This document shows, in pieces, positions 40,258 through 53,138 of a stretch of DNA of 64,000 bases. The position numbers and the translations under genes were made by a program. The DNA comes from Octopus sinensis (lineage: Eukaryota). Positions within the stretch are counted from its first letter, which is position 1, and each line of letters opens with the position of its first letter. The notes beneath the pieces were generated by a model that worked only from the letters and a program-made list of their open reading frames with translations, did no database searches and was not told where the DNA came from. Location: positions 171,430,001-171,494,000 of the forward strand of contig NC_042997.1 of assembly GCF_006345805.1 (NCBI RefSeq), in the 5' to 3' direction.

Positions 40258-40650
40258 TGCAGGGTGTCCAGAAAATCACAAGAGAAAAGGAAACATTTGC
40301 TGAAATTGCAACAAAAACTGGATACTGTTGAAATTTATCTATAATATGAAGTAAAAAGTGAAGTTTATACACAAATATTTTATAAATTTGTATTTGGCCC
40401 CTATCCATTGCATGAAGGACATCTAAACAATATTCAATTTTTGTCCCATGTCCTTCTTGACACACCCTCATCAATAGTCACAATGGCAGCAGTGATTCTT
40501 TGCTTAAGTTCATCCAAGTCCTTTATGCTAGTTTGGTTCATGATATGTTTTGTACAGCCCCACAAGTAAAAAGTCCATGGGTGTTATATCTGGGTAATGA
40601 GGAGGTCAAGTAATCAGGCCACTTTTTCCTATCCAGCAATCTGGAAACCT
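40258..40650 (-). pseudogene. Tc1/mariner transposase C-terminal relic
   Basis: Reverse strand reads ...PPHYPDITPMDF... and IDEGVSRRTW...IEYCLDVLHA, matching the WPxxSPDLxPxDF and IEYRLDVLRA motifs. Confidence 0.65.
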
Positions 40651-41419
40651 TTCATTTAAAAATCTGCAGATGGTAGCACGTGAAAAAAATTTGAGTGAGG
40701 TCGTTGCCAGTGCTGCTGGACTGGCTCCTGTGCAGCCCTGTCAGTTTGCTGATCAAATGTGGTCAAAGATAGTTCTGTTAATGTATCAGTCTGCTTTCAG
40801 TGTTTTACTCTGTCTTTCTCCTAAGCGGCACAGTGATGAAGCTAGTTCCCATACACAATGACTATGGAACCAGAAACAAATATTCTACCACATCTACAAA
40901 AAGCTGTATATACACAAACAACTCAATGCAGCTGTATATTTCACACGGTGGTGGAAAAGTGTAGCTGACAGGGCTGTTAGAGATAAGAAACGGGCCTGGA
41001 GCTTCTAACAGTTTCATGTGGACATATATTTAGGCATGTTTTTATAATACACCTAGTGTCTCTAAACAATATTTAGGCCCTGAGCACATGGTTTGTTCTG
41101 TTTGAAAATCTGGATGCAGGTACATGAGAAATCACAAGAAAAAAAAAGAAGGTTGATGCAAAAAACCAAAATGGGGAAAGGAAAGAAAGAAAATTTTACT
41201 GTAGAAACCATAGTTTAACTAGTTGTTATAGAATAATTAATAATTCGATGGAGAGGCATCCAAACTCTGCATGACAGCTGCTCAATCTGGAGAGAGTGGT
41301 GTGCTCCAGTTTGCCAAAAGAAATTTATCTAAATGCTTGCATTTTCCTGAAAATTTCAGTTTTCCAATTAAGTAATGCAGTAGAATTCTTAGATCTAAAA
41401 GGAATGTGTGACATTTTGG

Positions 41420-42192
41420 TTATGCATAAGCTACATTTTCAGATCCATTTACATCTGACATGGATTTTTCGACAATTTCCCACTTGATTGTATGTGGTGT
41501 GCAGTTGATCTTCAAACTCAATACGCAGCTAGCCAACTTGGTGGCTTTACTTTTGTCAATGTGCTGGAAAGAAGATTGATGGTTTGCATAACATTTTTTG
41601 AAATTGCTTTCACATACACTGATGTAATTTTTCTTTTCAGTTAGCTTATCTTGAAGCATTGCTGTGACTTCTGTCTCATAGCCAACGGAGTTTACCATAC
41701 ACACCTAATCTAGTGGGCTAGCAGTGTCTTGACAATTGCAGATGGGAATAGGCTCTTGGTGATGCTTATGAGTGATTATGTTTTTCATATTGGCGCAGCA
41801 GCTGTATAATATTTTGAGTGTCTTTTAAAAATCTTCCTATATTTATGGTTTACTGGGAAATGCTTATCTAAAAGAGACAGATATTTATTGCTTGCATTAG
41901 TTTTAGCTTTTTGGGAGAAAGGCGGGGTGAAGCGTATTACTTTCTTAGACCTATTTTTTGGTGTAATTTTATGACAGATGTTTTTATTTGAAGGGTTGTA
42001 ATATATTTTAACTTTGAAGCCAGTGTTAGCTAGAGCATTGTTATAGTAGGAGACTGCCATATCAAATATTTCTTTAAAAGAGAAGAGATTAAACATGCTA
42101 TTACTGATGTCAGCTATCAGATTAAGTATTATAGAGGACTGACTTCCCAGTAAACCATAATAAATACAGGAAGATTTTTGAGCTTCCATCAC
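41420..42192 (-). mobile_element. Penelope-like element relic (RT C-terminus + GIY-YIG endonuclease)
   Basis: RFTPPFSQKAKTNASNKYLSLLDKHFPVNHKYRKIF (typical PLE linker) and YISVCESNFKKCYANHQSSF...WEIVEK (degenerate GIY-YIG). Confidence 0.8.
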
Positions 42193-43428
42193 AATTTCTT
42201 GATAATTTATGTTCCAGTCACTAGCTTGATAATGACAAAGTTATTTCTTCAATATTTTCAAAATTAATGGAAACAAAGACAATGTATTTTAACATGTATT
42301 TCAAATATGGTAACAAAAAAGGTTCTTCTATGTTCCAAATACCAGTCTATAAATGACAGTTATTTTACTAAATTGTTCATTATTTTTCAAAACTTTAATT
42401 GAAATAAAAGCAATGTATTTAAACAGAAACAGGGCATTTAAAGAGTTAAGACAGACCAGAAAAACAGATTAGGGTCACTGACAGGATCTGAACCACAAAC
42501 CACCATATAGTTGTCTGCTTACCAAGGAGACAAGTGATAGATTTGAGGTTCAGATCCTTTCAGTGAGACAGTGGTCTTCCTCTGTCTGAAAAATGGTTCT
42601 TATAATACCTAATATAATTTTACATGAAAATAATTCTTTCCTTCATAAGTATTATTCTAAAAACTTTAAAACTTTAAAAACAATCCCTCAAGTGGTAAAA
42701 AAAATCAAAGAGGAAAAAAGAAAAAAATCATCAGAATCTATAAAAACAATTAAATAAAATTATTTTTACAACTGTTTCTTTTCCTAATATATTTTATTTT
42801 AATGTTTTTCTTACTGCTATTTTTGTTAGTTATTTTTTTATCAATGTAATTCTTATTAGTGTTATTTTTGTTGAAATTTATATTAGTATTATTTTAATGT
42901 AATTTATATTAATTTTTTTTATGATAATGCCATTTTAATTAATATTATTTTTGTTAATTTTATCATAATTAATATTGGCTTTATCAATGTTATTTTTATT
43001 ACTGCTGCTTTTTGTAAATTCTATATCCATTAATCTTATTTCTGTTAATCTTATTTTTGTTAATTTTATTTTTGTTAATATTATTTTTATTAATGTTATT
43101 TTAGCCAATGTTATTTTTGCACTTTAACAGAAAAATCAAGAAATAATTTTATTATTAGCTCTGTTGAAGATGGTGATCTGGCAGGATTGTTACTGCACCA
43201 GACAAAAAAATGCTTGTTGGCATTTCTTGTGGTCCTTTATATTCTGGGTTCAACTGCCACTAAGGCTGACTTTGCCTTCATGTGTTTGGGATCAATAAAA
43301 TAAATAACAGCTGTGCACAGAGGTGATGTAATCAACTTACCTCAAAATTGCTGGTCCTGTGCCAAAGTTAGAAAGAATTGTTAGCACTGCCATGTAAAGA
43401 ACACTGGTGCTAGCATCACTTCGAATGC

Positions 43429-44247
43429 ACTCATGCCTATACCATGTATAAAATGAACTCATGCCTATACCATGTATAAAATGAACTCATGCCTGTACCA
43501 TGTATAAAATGAACTCATGCCTGTACCATGTATAAAATGAACTCATGCCTGTACCATGTATAAAATGAACTCATGCCTGTACCATGTATAAAATGAACTC
43601 ATGCCTGTACCATGTATAAAATGAACTCATGCCTGTACCATGTATAAAATGAACTCATGCCTGTTCCACGTATAAAATGAACTCATGCCTGTACCATGTA
43701 TAAAATGAACTCATGCCTGCACCATGTATAAAATGAACTCATGCCTGTACCATGTATAAAATGAACTCATGCCTGTACCATGTATAAAATGAACTCATGC
43801 CTGTACCATGTATAAAATGAACTCATGCCTGTAACATGTATAAAATGAACTCATGCCTGTACCATGTATAAAATGAACTCATGCCTGTACCATGTATAAA
43901 ATGAACTCATGCCTGTACCATGTATAAAATGAACTCATGCCTGTACCATGTATAAAATGAACTCATGCCTGTACCATGTATAAAATGAACTCATGCCTGT
44001 ACCATGTATAAAATGAACTCATGCCTGCACTATGTGTAAAATGAATTCATGCCTGTACCATGTATAAAATGAACTCATGCCTGTACCATGTATAAAATGA
44101 ACTCATGCCTGCACTATGTGTAAAATGAATTCATGCCTGTACCATGTATAAAATGAACTCATGCCTGTACCATGTATAAAATGAACTCATGCCTGCACTA
44201 TGTGTAAAATGAATTCATGCCTGTACCATGTATAAAATGAACTCATG
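43429..44247. repeat. 28-bp minisatellite (~29 units, CATGTATAAAATGAACTCATGCCTGTAC)
   Basis: Direct inspection shows a 28-bp period; the variant unit recurs every 84 bp at the right end. Confidence 0.95.
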
Positions 44248-44479
44248 TCAGTGTCATGTAAAAGGCACTTGTGCGGATGTCATGTAATAGCATCCATGCC
44301 AATGCTGTGTAAAAAGTACCAAGTACACTCTGTAAAGTGGTTGGTGTTATGAAGGGCATCCAGTCATAGAAACCATACCAAAAGAGACATGGAACCTGGG
44401 CAGCTTTCCAACTGGTCAACTGCTGTCAAACCATCCAGCCCATGTCAGGATGGGAAACAGACATTACATGAAGATGATA

Positions 44480-44683
44480 CTCTTTTTACTTTATGTTTCA
44501 GTCATGTGACTGTGGCCATGCTGGAGTACCGCCTTTAGTTGAGCAAATTGACCCCAGGACTTATTCTTTGTAAGTCTAGTACTTATTCTATCGGTCTCTT
44601 TTGCTGAACTGCTAAGTTACAGGGACGTAAATACACCAGCATCAGTTGTCAAGCGATGTTGGGGGACAAACACAGACACACAA

Positions 44684-44746
<63 letters not shown>

Positions 44747-44905
44747 CGATGGGCTTGTTTTAGTTTCTGTCTACCAAATCCACTCACAAGGCTTTGGTCG
44801 GCCCGAGGCTATAGCAGAAGACACTTGCCCAAGGTGCCCCGCAGTGGGACTGAACCCGGAACCATGTGGTTCGTAAGTAAGCTACTTACCACACAGCTAC
44901 TCCTG
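44480..44905 (-). mobile_element. Same SINE family, reverse copy
   Basis: Reverse complement of the family. Further partial copies lie at ~1-143, 4570-4960, 12530-12732, 13785-14200, 19990-20350, 24300-24690, 27490-27740 and 28680-28845. Confidence 0.75.
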
Positions 44906-45871
44906 ATGATGATGATGATGATGATGATGATAATGATGATGATTATGATGATGATGATGATGTATCAACTAACACACCCCATAATATCCCTATGTTTCTC
45001 ATATTTCAAAGAAGGGTTACGTGCAAAGTTTCTTTTTTTTTGTTTTTTGTCTGCAAAGCTTCCAAAACTCAAGACAGAAATAGAGGAAGACACAAGTCAC
45101 TGACTACTGTGGTCAGATGTTGAGCATGAAAGTAATGAGTCACTCTAAGATGAGAAGACTGGTTTGAATGCTTACAAGAGGTCAACTTATTCTCCTTAAT
45201 TTCTGAGTGCAGAAAGGCAAAAACAATAGACTGAAGTTTATCTATTTGATGAAGTTTAAAAACTGTGGATTGGGTTTCAAATCTTAGTTTAGCTGTTTTG
45301 TAGCTGTTTCTGACACTGTCACCAACCCACACCTGTTTCCAAGTAAGGCAACGTTTCCCATGAGCAGTCCTGTTATCAAGGAATATGGGGAATGAAGGAC
45401 ACCGCTTATATGATCGTGACACTCATTTACATCTATCGCATAATTTCAAGGCAAGTAAACACACACACACACACACAGATATATACACACATGACAGGTT
45501 TCTTTCAGTTTCTGTCGGCCAAAGTCGTCATTCACAAGGCATTAATCAGTCTGGAGTGTTAGTAAAAAAAAAGCACAGTGGGATTGAACCTGAAGCTGTG
45601 TGGTTTAGAAAACAAAATTTCTTAGTGTACAGTCTCGCTTGCACCATGTAATTTAATAAATCAATCTTCCAATAAATTCTCATTTCTTTCCATTTCCATT
45701 TTATTTTATTTTTAAATCTCTCATGAGACTATTTCTGATTCTGCTGGAATATTTCTTAAATTAATGACACTTGACCATTCTATGAAATACCACAATATTG
45801 ATGGTGTTAACTCCATTACATGGTTTCTATAGGTCAGGTTTTAAATCGATATCTCTGATGGTGTTGTTCGA

Positions 45872-45919
<48 letters not shown>

Positions 45920-46574
45920 TGATGATAATGATAATAATATATTATCAAAATGAGAAATTTCTAAACCTCATATCAAGTTCCATTTGATAATGTTGTCTTT
46001 GATAATAACGATGATACACTCCTTAATTAAGTTAACTTCCTTATTTTGATATTAGTGAATTCAATTTCTTTTTTTTTTTTAGAATTATCTGATTTATCTC
46101 TCTATGTGTAATGGAACTTTCACTGACTTTCATATGATCATATATATATATAGCTAACATGATGAACAAAAGCCAAAAAGGAACCGCTGCATGTTCAATA
46201 GATCTGCTTGAAATAGCAGCCAAATTTCTTTCAAATGACACTTTGCTAGCTTAAAAAAGAAGACACATTTGCTTGTGCTGTCCAAAATAAACACTATAAC
46301 TGAAAAAAATTCTTATGATGGCCATGGCTATGATGCTCCTCTGCTACTCCAGCTCATGCTCAGAGATACACATATTATCAGCCAACAAGGGACATGCTGG
46401 ACTGGTTAAGGTCAAACAGCTGACAAGCAAAGTTGTATTGAGCACAATATTTGCTCTCGTCCATCTTTTATACTAAGACAAAGCATGTACATGATAACAC
46501 TTCCAATCATTTAATATCAGAAGCCATGGGAGCCAGTGCCTGGTATTTATTGCTATTATTATTATTATTATTCA

Positions 46575-46987
46575 GTAGTTTTATTTTTATAGCGTGCTTT
46601 CACTTCACTACCGAGCGCAGCTCTGTGTGCCTTGGGTATGTGCAAGAGACAACAAGTTGGAAGTTCATGTTGGTGTCATGCTTAGGGTGCCATATATTTG
46701 GTTTTGAACATAGTGTTGTTCTAGAGAATGTTTAAGAAATCATATGAAAATTATGTTTGTTTTAAAACTTGAGATTACAAAGAAAGTATTTTGCGTAGGA
46801 TATGAGCAGTTCCCATGAGCACTATCTTTTGAATTTCTGCCATTTTGGGGTTTCCTGGTATCTGAGCCAGGTAGCAATCAGCCCCTTTTGCTATCATTCC
46901 CAGGGCACCTATGACAACAGGTATTGTTTTAGTCTTCAGGTTCCACATTTTGCTAATTTCTATTTCAAGATCTTTATATTTGCTCAG

Positions 46988-46990
<3 letters not shown>
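46575..46990 (-). mobile_element. Dong/R4 LINE 3' fragment
   Basis: KLSKYKDLEIEISKMWNLKTKTIPVVIGALG...TAHILRKILSL plus 3' UTR; flanked on both sides by (ATT)n. Confidence 0.85.
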
Positions 46991-47040
<50 letters not shown>

Positions 47041-47514
47041 GCTCCTCCCTTTGACGGAGCTGCCGTCCTGCATGAAGAAAAGATTGAAACTGGGAGCCTG
47101 ACACTTAGAATGTTGTCAGGCACTTACAAACCTCCACCAGTCAGGCAATGGCATCAGTGGATGTTCTACTTTAGAAATTTATAGCGTATTAGTGGTGGGG
47201 AAGTGCAACAATGTTCTCAGGAAGACTCTGGCTGGCAACAAAAATGAACTGGCTAGTCTGCTCCAGAGGACTTTCTGGTCAGAACTACCACGGCAAGCTG
47301 GCAGAAATGTTAGCATGCCATGCGAAATGCTTAGAGGTATTTCATCTGTCTTTATGTTCTGAGTTCAAATTCCACCGAGGTCGACTTTGCCTTTCATCCT
47401 TTCGGGGTTGATAAATTAAGTACCAGTTATGCACTGGGGTCGATGTAATCGACTTAATCCCTTTGTCTGTCCTTGTTTAGCCCCTTGTGGGCAATAAAAA
47501 AATAAGGAACTACC

Positions 47515-48300
47515 ATGGATGATTTCCAGATGTCCTTGAACTGGCAGTGCTACCAGCTCAAGATAAACTCTACAGGCATGGATGTGCTATCAGACAGGCT
47601 TGTCCAAGGTGCTCGCAGAGTGATGAAACTGTTCTGCATGCACTCATTCAGTGTCTGGGCATTGCTGACTTGTGGGGTTATGTCAAACAGCTGCTATCAC
47701 ATGTGGGATGGTTCCATCTATCAGTTGAGTCTGTAGTAATGGTTTCCCTACCTACCTCCTTCAATCAGGCAGGCAAGGCAGTTTTCCTTTGCTTAGTGGC
47801 TGTGGTAAAAGAGGTTGTTTGGTGGACAAGGCTGAAAGGCACGGGAACAGATACATTCCTCTTTGGTAGAGCTCTCACTGACTTCTTCAAGTTTCACTTG
47901 AAAAAAAAATTGTGAGTGGAGCATGAAGTGCTGTTTGCAAGTGAATTTATTGAAAGATGGGTGAAAGTTGTGAAAATGGCAAGAGTGGGTGAATCAGAGA
48001 GAAGGAATTGGAGTGGGCACTTGCTCTTGGTGTTCGGGGAAATCTCAGATAGTGGGGTTGCTCGATTATCCCTAAAGGTCATTCTGTATAAGGAAGGCTA
48101 TCATCCTCTCCTCACTTTTGTTTTTAACCTTTGTATACTGTGTATATATCCCTTCCCTTTCATTGTATAGTGTATACTTACTTTTTTTATAATTATTTTA
48201 TCATTTCATCATATGTAAATCCCCATACTTTATGTCTCTCTTTGTATTGTATCCTTCACCCTTCATCCTTCACCCTAGTGACTAATAAATGAAATCATTA
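47515..48300 (+). mobile_element. Tx1/L1-clade LINE 3' fragment
   Basis: LPAQDKLYRHG...CPRCSQSDETVLHALIQC (zf-RVT/CCHC C-terminus), 3' UTR, AATAAA and an (ATC/ATT)n tail. Confidence 0.8.
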
Positions 48301-48315
48301 TCATTATCATTGTCA

Positions 48316-48357
<42 letters not shown>

Positions 48358-48559
48358 GTTATTATTGTTGTTATTATTATCATTATTAGTATTATATTCA
48401 AATTCTGTTGAGGTCAACTTTGCCTTTCATTCTTTTAGGGTTGATAAAATAAGTACCAGCTGAACACTGAGGTCGATATAATCAACTAGTCCCTTCGCCC
48501 AAAATTGCTGCACTTGTGGCAGAATTTGAAACCATTATTATTATTATTATTATTATTAT

Positions 48560-50790
48560 AATTTTCCTTATTTCTTGCCAGGTGTCTGTATCATTGGTAG
48601 GCCATTAAAATAAACACACCGGATTGTTCATTTAGAAAGTCATGTGATAGAGAAAAAGGGAAAAATAAAGAGGTAAGCTAAGAAAATAAAGGGGAAAAAA
48701 AGGAAAGAAAATTTACAACGACAATGCTCTTCTCAGTACATGCAATGAATCAGTTAAGACAATCTTTTGTACTTCCTGCATGGATGGTACACCAGGGATG
48801 ATTCTTAAATAATTTCCAGTTCCATTTTTGATCATTCCAAGTGCTCCTACAGTCACTGGTATTGTAACCGTCTTGAGATGCCACATCTTTTCAATTTCAA
48901 TTGGCAAATCTTTATATTGTCTGAGTTTATCAAATTCTTTTGCCGAGATATTATGCTCACAGAGTATGCTCATGTCAATCAATAAACAAGCTTTAATGTT
49001 TTGGTTTTTCACAACAATATCTGGTTTATTTGCTTTGATGGTTCAGTCTGTACATAAACAAGCTTTAATGTTTTGGTTTTTCACAACAATATCTGGTTTA
49101 TTTGCTTTGATAGTTCAGTTTGTACATACCTGAAAGTCTCAAAGAATAGTTACATTTTCTCTCTCAGTTACAGCCTCAGGGTGGTGCTTGTACCATTTGT
49201 CAACAGCTTTGATTTTATATTGCCGACACATTATCCAATGTGGATATTGGCCAACTGTCATGTCTTAATTTGTACTCTACAGGTGCTAAAACCTTACACC
49301 TAAAGATTAGGTGGCCCACTGTTTCTATCCCATCATTGCAGTATTGGAACTTTGGGTCTATTCCATTTTTCATCAAACTGGCTTGATATTTCCATGTCAA
49401 TAACCTCTAATCTTGAGTAGCCAAGATAAAACCTTCACTCTCTTCCTTTAGGCCTGAGCTCTGTAGCCACTGATGGGTCTGCTTCAGGTCTACATTAGCT
49501 TGTTTGTTATGGACCACATATTTGCATGCTGAGGCTTTTGTTCCCACTTATCAGCCAATTATTCAAACGCATTTTGTTTTGCTATTGATTTCACCTTCTT
49601 TGCAACTACACTTGAAAATTTTTTTGCTTTCCTTCGTAAGAGAATGAAGCTTATTTCTTTCATAAGTTTCAACAAACTTTAACATCCAATTGTTAGATGT
49701 TTCAAGATATTTTGCCAGTCCAATAGCTCTGGGTAGGTAAAGATGATCTGCATCTGCCTTTGGGTGGTGCATCTTATTGCAAGTCAGCAGCTTACAAATT
49801 TTCGTGTCAATCTTCCTTATTTCACTCATATTCCAGTTCAACACATTGAAACTGTAAATAACAACTGGAACTGCTAAAGAATTTATAGCCAACACCTTGT
49901 TATGTGAATTTAATTCGGATTTTAGGACTGCTCAAACTCTCCTGTCACATTCCTTCCTGATCTTCTCTTTCATGCTTGATGCTGAATGCCAGAGCCCTAA
50001 TTTATTCCGAGGTATTTGTAAGTTTGTTCCTGCTCAAGTTCTTTTATGTCTGTGTCAACATCTAACACCACTGAATGTGAGGTCTTCAATTTACCTTCCT
50101 GGAAAGTGGCTTTGGCACATTTATCAAAACCAAATTCCATCCAGATGTCATCACTGAATGCTTTTACAATATGTAGTAGTCCTTTAAGCTCATTATCACC
50201 TTTGCCATAGAGTTTTAAGTCATCCATATAAAATAGATGACTTATTTTCTTGTCACCAATTTTATATTCATACCCTGTTCTGTTAAGGTCACTTGAAAGG
50301 CGTATTACGGCTCTACAGAAAATTAAAGGTGAAAGTGAGTCACCTTGGGAAATGCTGCAGTTAATATTAATATTTTTTGTGGTCAGTACTCCATTAGAGT
50401 GATATAATTGGGGATTTGTATTCCACATTGACATATTGTGCTTCAGGAAGTTTGAAATCATAGGAGAAATTTTGAAGATATCCAGCAATTTCAAGATGCT
50501 TGAATGCAGTATGTTGCCAAAGGCCATTTTATAGTCAATCCATGTGGAACTGAGATTTCTGCATTTGTTATAACAGTTCTCAAGGATCATGCGATTTTGC
50601 ATCCATATGAATCTCACTGGCACCCTTTTTCTTCAGTGGGGAAAATATTGTTCTGTTCCATAAATTTATGTTTTCTCCATGAGGATGGATGTTGAAGTTT
50701 TATACGTAGTAGATAGACATGTTATAGGTTAATAGTTTTGGGAAAATTTTGTTTCATTATTCTGCAAGAGGTAAGTAATACCTCTTGCTA
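48560..50790 (-). mobile_element. 5'-truncated, frameshifted Dong/R4-clade (RLE) LINE
   Basis: RT motifs SQGDSLSPLIFC and HLFYMDDLKLY; CCHC-like QYCNDGIETVGHLIFRC; RLE tail LLIDMSI...KYKDL/QYKDLxIEIEKMWHLKTVTIPVTVGALG. The 3' end abuts (ATT)n. Confidence 0.9.
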
Positions 50791-50805
50791 ACCAATCAAG
50801 TGTTT

Positions 50806-50990
50806 TTTTTAACCTTTGTATACTGTGTATATGACCCTTCTCTTTCATTTTATACAGTGTATACTTACTTTTTTTAAATAATTATTTTATCATTTCATCA
50901 TATGTAAATCCCCATATCTTATGTCTGTCTTTGTATTGTACCCCTCATCCTTCACCCTGGTGGCAAATAAATGAAATCCTTATTATCATC
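50806..50990 (+). repeat. Second copy of the Tx1-like 3' UTR
   Basis: Closely similar to ~48120-48300 (tttaacctttgtatactgtgtatat...cttcaccct(g/a)gtg...aataaatgaaatc) followed by (ATC)n. Confidence 0.75.
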
Positions 50991-51209
50991 ATCATCATCA
51001 TCATCATCATTAAAGTCAAAATTAAAAGAAGAGTGCCATTGTCATCTAGTGAAGGATATTTCAACATCTTGTGTGTCTTCAACATGCTCAAAAAATAATT
51101 TTGTCAATCTACTTCATTTTGGTTTATATATAAGTAACTCCTCCAGAAGATAAAAACTAAAAGAAGAGCGCCATTGTCATCTAGTGAACGATATTATTAT
51201 TATTATTAC

Positions 51210-51249
<40 letters not shown>

Positions 51250-51251
<2 letters not shown>

Positions 51252-51790
51252 ACATTTGATAGTTTCAGGCAAATTTCTACTGCATCACCTGCTACACTTA
51301 TGTATTGCTGGGATGTGTGCAGCATTGTGTGTTCTCTTCTGTTTTTAGGGGAGTGCATACTCTTCCTGATATAGTATTGCATGCATTTGTTTTGTTATGG
51401 GGCCTAGTTGTCATGTTTTGTTGCATTAGCATTTGTATTGTGTTGTGTATGTAATGCAAGCTATTTTCTTCTGTTGGGTATCTATCTATCCTGTAGAGTA
51501 CATGTTGTGGTGGTTATATATTTTATTAGATATTTACTGCATAGAGTGGGTCTTGTTTTTGTGGATTGTTTTGTTTGGGTAATATTATTGAATTGATAGT
51601 GTCTTGCGTAGGATGTGGGCTGTTGCTACCAGGGCTATTTTTTGGATAGTGTGTAGTGTTGAGGGTCCAGGTATAGTTTCTACATTTTTGTCCATGTGTT
51701 TTTTTATCATACTCAATGTTCCATTATTACAGTTATTGTTTTCACTTTCATGCCCCACAGCTTGAATACTTCAATTTAGAGGTCTTTATA
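51250..51790 (-). mobile_element. Dong/R4 LINE 3' fragment (degenerate)
   Basis: Reverse strand gives SKYKDL...KLWGMKVKTI and ATAHILRKTLSI; the 3' UTR runs into (AAT)n at ~51192-51248. Confidence 0.75.
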
Positions 51791-51834
51791 CTTTGACAAT
51801 TCCTCTACTTCTTTTTGGTCAGAAGGGACTGCAA

Positions 51835-51939
<105 letters not shown>

Positions 51940-52139
51940 GCCTGTCTGCCTGCCTGCCTGCCTGTCTGTTTGTCTGTCTGCCTGCCTGCCTGCCTGTCTG
52001 TCCGTCCATCCATCCGGCCAGCCGGCCAGCCAGCCAGTCACCATCATCATCATCATTATTATTATCATTGTTATTATTATTATTATCTTATAATAATTCT
52101 GCTTGCCATTACATTACTTAGCCTGTCAGAAACGCTTTC

Positions 52140-52940
52140 ACATGATTAGAGAAAAAGAGGGAGACAGAAAAGAGAGAGAGAAAAAAAGAAAGGGGAAAAA
52201 GAGGGAGGGAGAAAAAGAGGGAAGAAGAAAAAGAGGGAGGGAGAAAAAGTGGGAGAGAGAAAAGTGGGAGAGAGAAACATCCATAATGTGAAGTAGAGAG
52301 AATGTAATTGTAATGCTTCCATATGATTGGTTGAAGGGAAAGAGAGGAGAGAGAAAAAGGAGAGAGTGAAAAAGAGGATAAGGCGAAGGGTGAAAGAGGG
52401 AGTAAGAGAAAGAGGTAGAGAGAAGCATCCATGACATGAGGTAGGGGGAATGTAATATCTACTATGTGGTTAAAAAAGTTAGTTGAAAGTAAAGGAGGAG
52501 AGTTAAAAATACTGTTTTAGCAGAGGTATGATATTTTGATGGTAAGATTAAAGAAAGGCACAGAGAGAGAGAGAGGAAGAGAGAGAGAGAGGAGAAAGAG
52601 AGGAGGGGAAGAGAGAGGAGAGAGAGAGGAGAGAGAGAGAGAGAGGAGTGAAAGAGAGAGGAGAAAGAGAGGAGGGGAGAGAGAGGAGAGAGAGGGAGAG
52701 AGAGAGAGAGAGAGGAGTGAAAGAGAGAGGAGAGGAGAGAGAGGAGAGAGAGAGAGAGAGGAGAAAGAGAGGAGGGGAAGAGAGAGGAGAGAGAGAGGAG
52801 AGAGAGAGAGAGAGGAGTGAAAGAGAGAGGAGAAAGAGAGGAGGGGAAGAGAGAGGAGAGAGAGGGAGAGAGAGAGAGAGAGAGAGGAGTGAAAGAGAGA
52901 GGAGAGGAGAGAGAGGAGGAAGGGAGAAAGAGAGAGATGG
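52140..52940. repeat. Polypurine (GA-rich) tract with higher-order units
   Basis: Mostly A/G on the plus strand (broken by a mixed stretch at ~52400-52550); gagagagaggagtgaaagagagagg recurs several times. Confidence 0.9.
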
Positions 52941-53138
52941 TGATGGTGATGGTTGTAGTGGTGGTGGTGGTGGTGGTGGTGATTGGATAGTAAAAAGTGT
53001 AGTTTTTTAAAGAATTGAACTAATTTTTTTTTTTATATCACCTATCACTTAATGCATGTGCGTAAGTGCAATTCCATGAAATATTCAAGATTATTTGCAT
53101 GGCAGATATATGCAATTTAACTAAAGGTTGTATCATAT

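Noticed and set aside
33814-40303. Numerous MYVC/HTYI ORFs
   Set aside because: Translations of (TATG)n/(CATA)n repeats.
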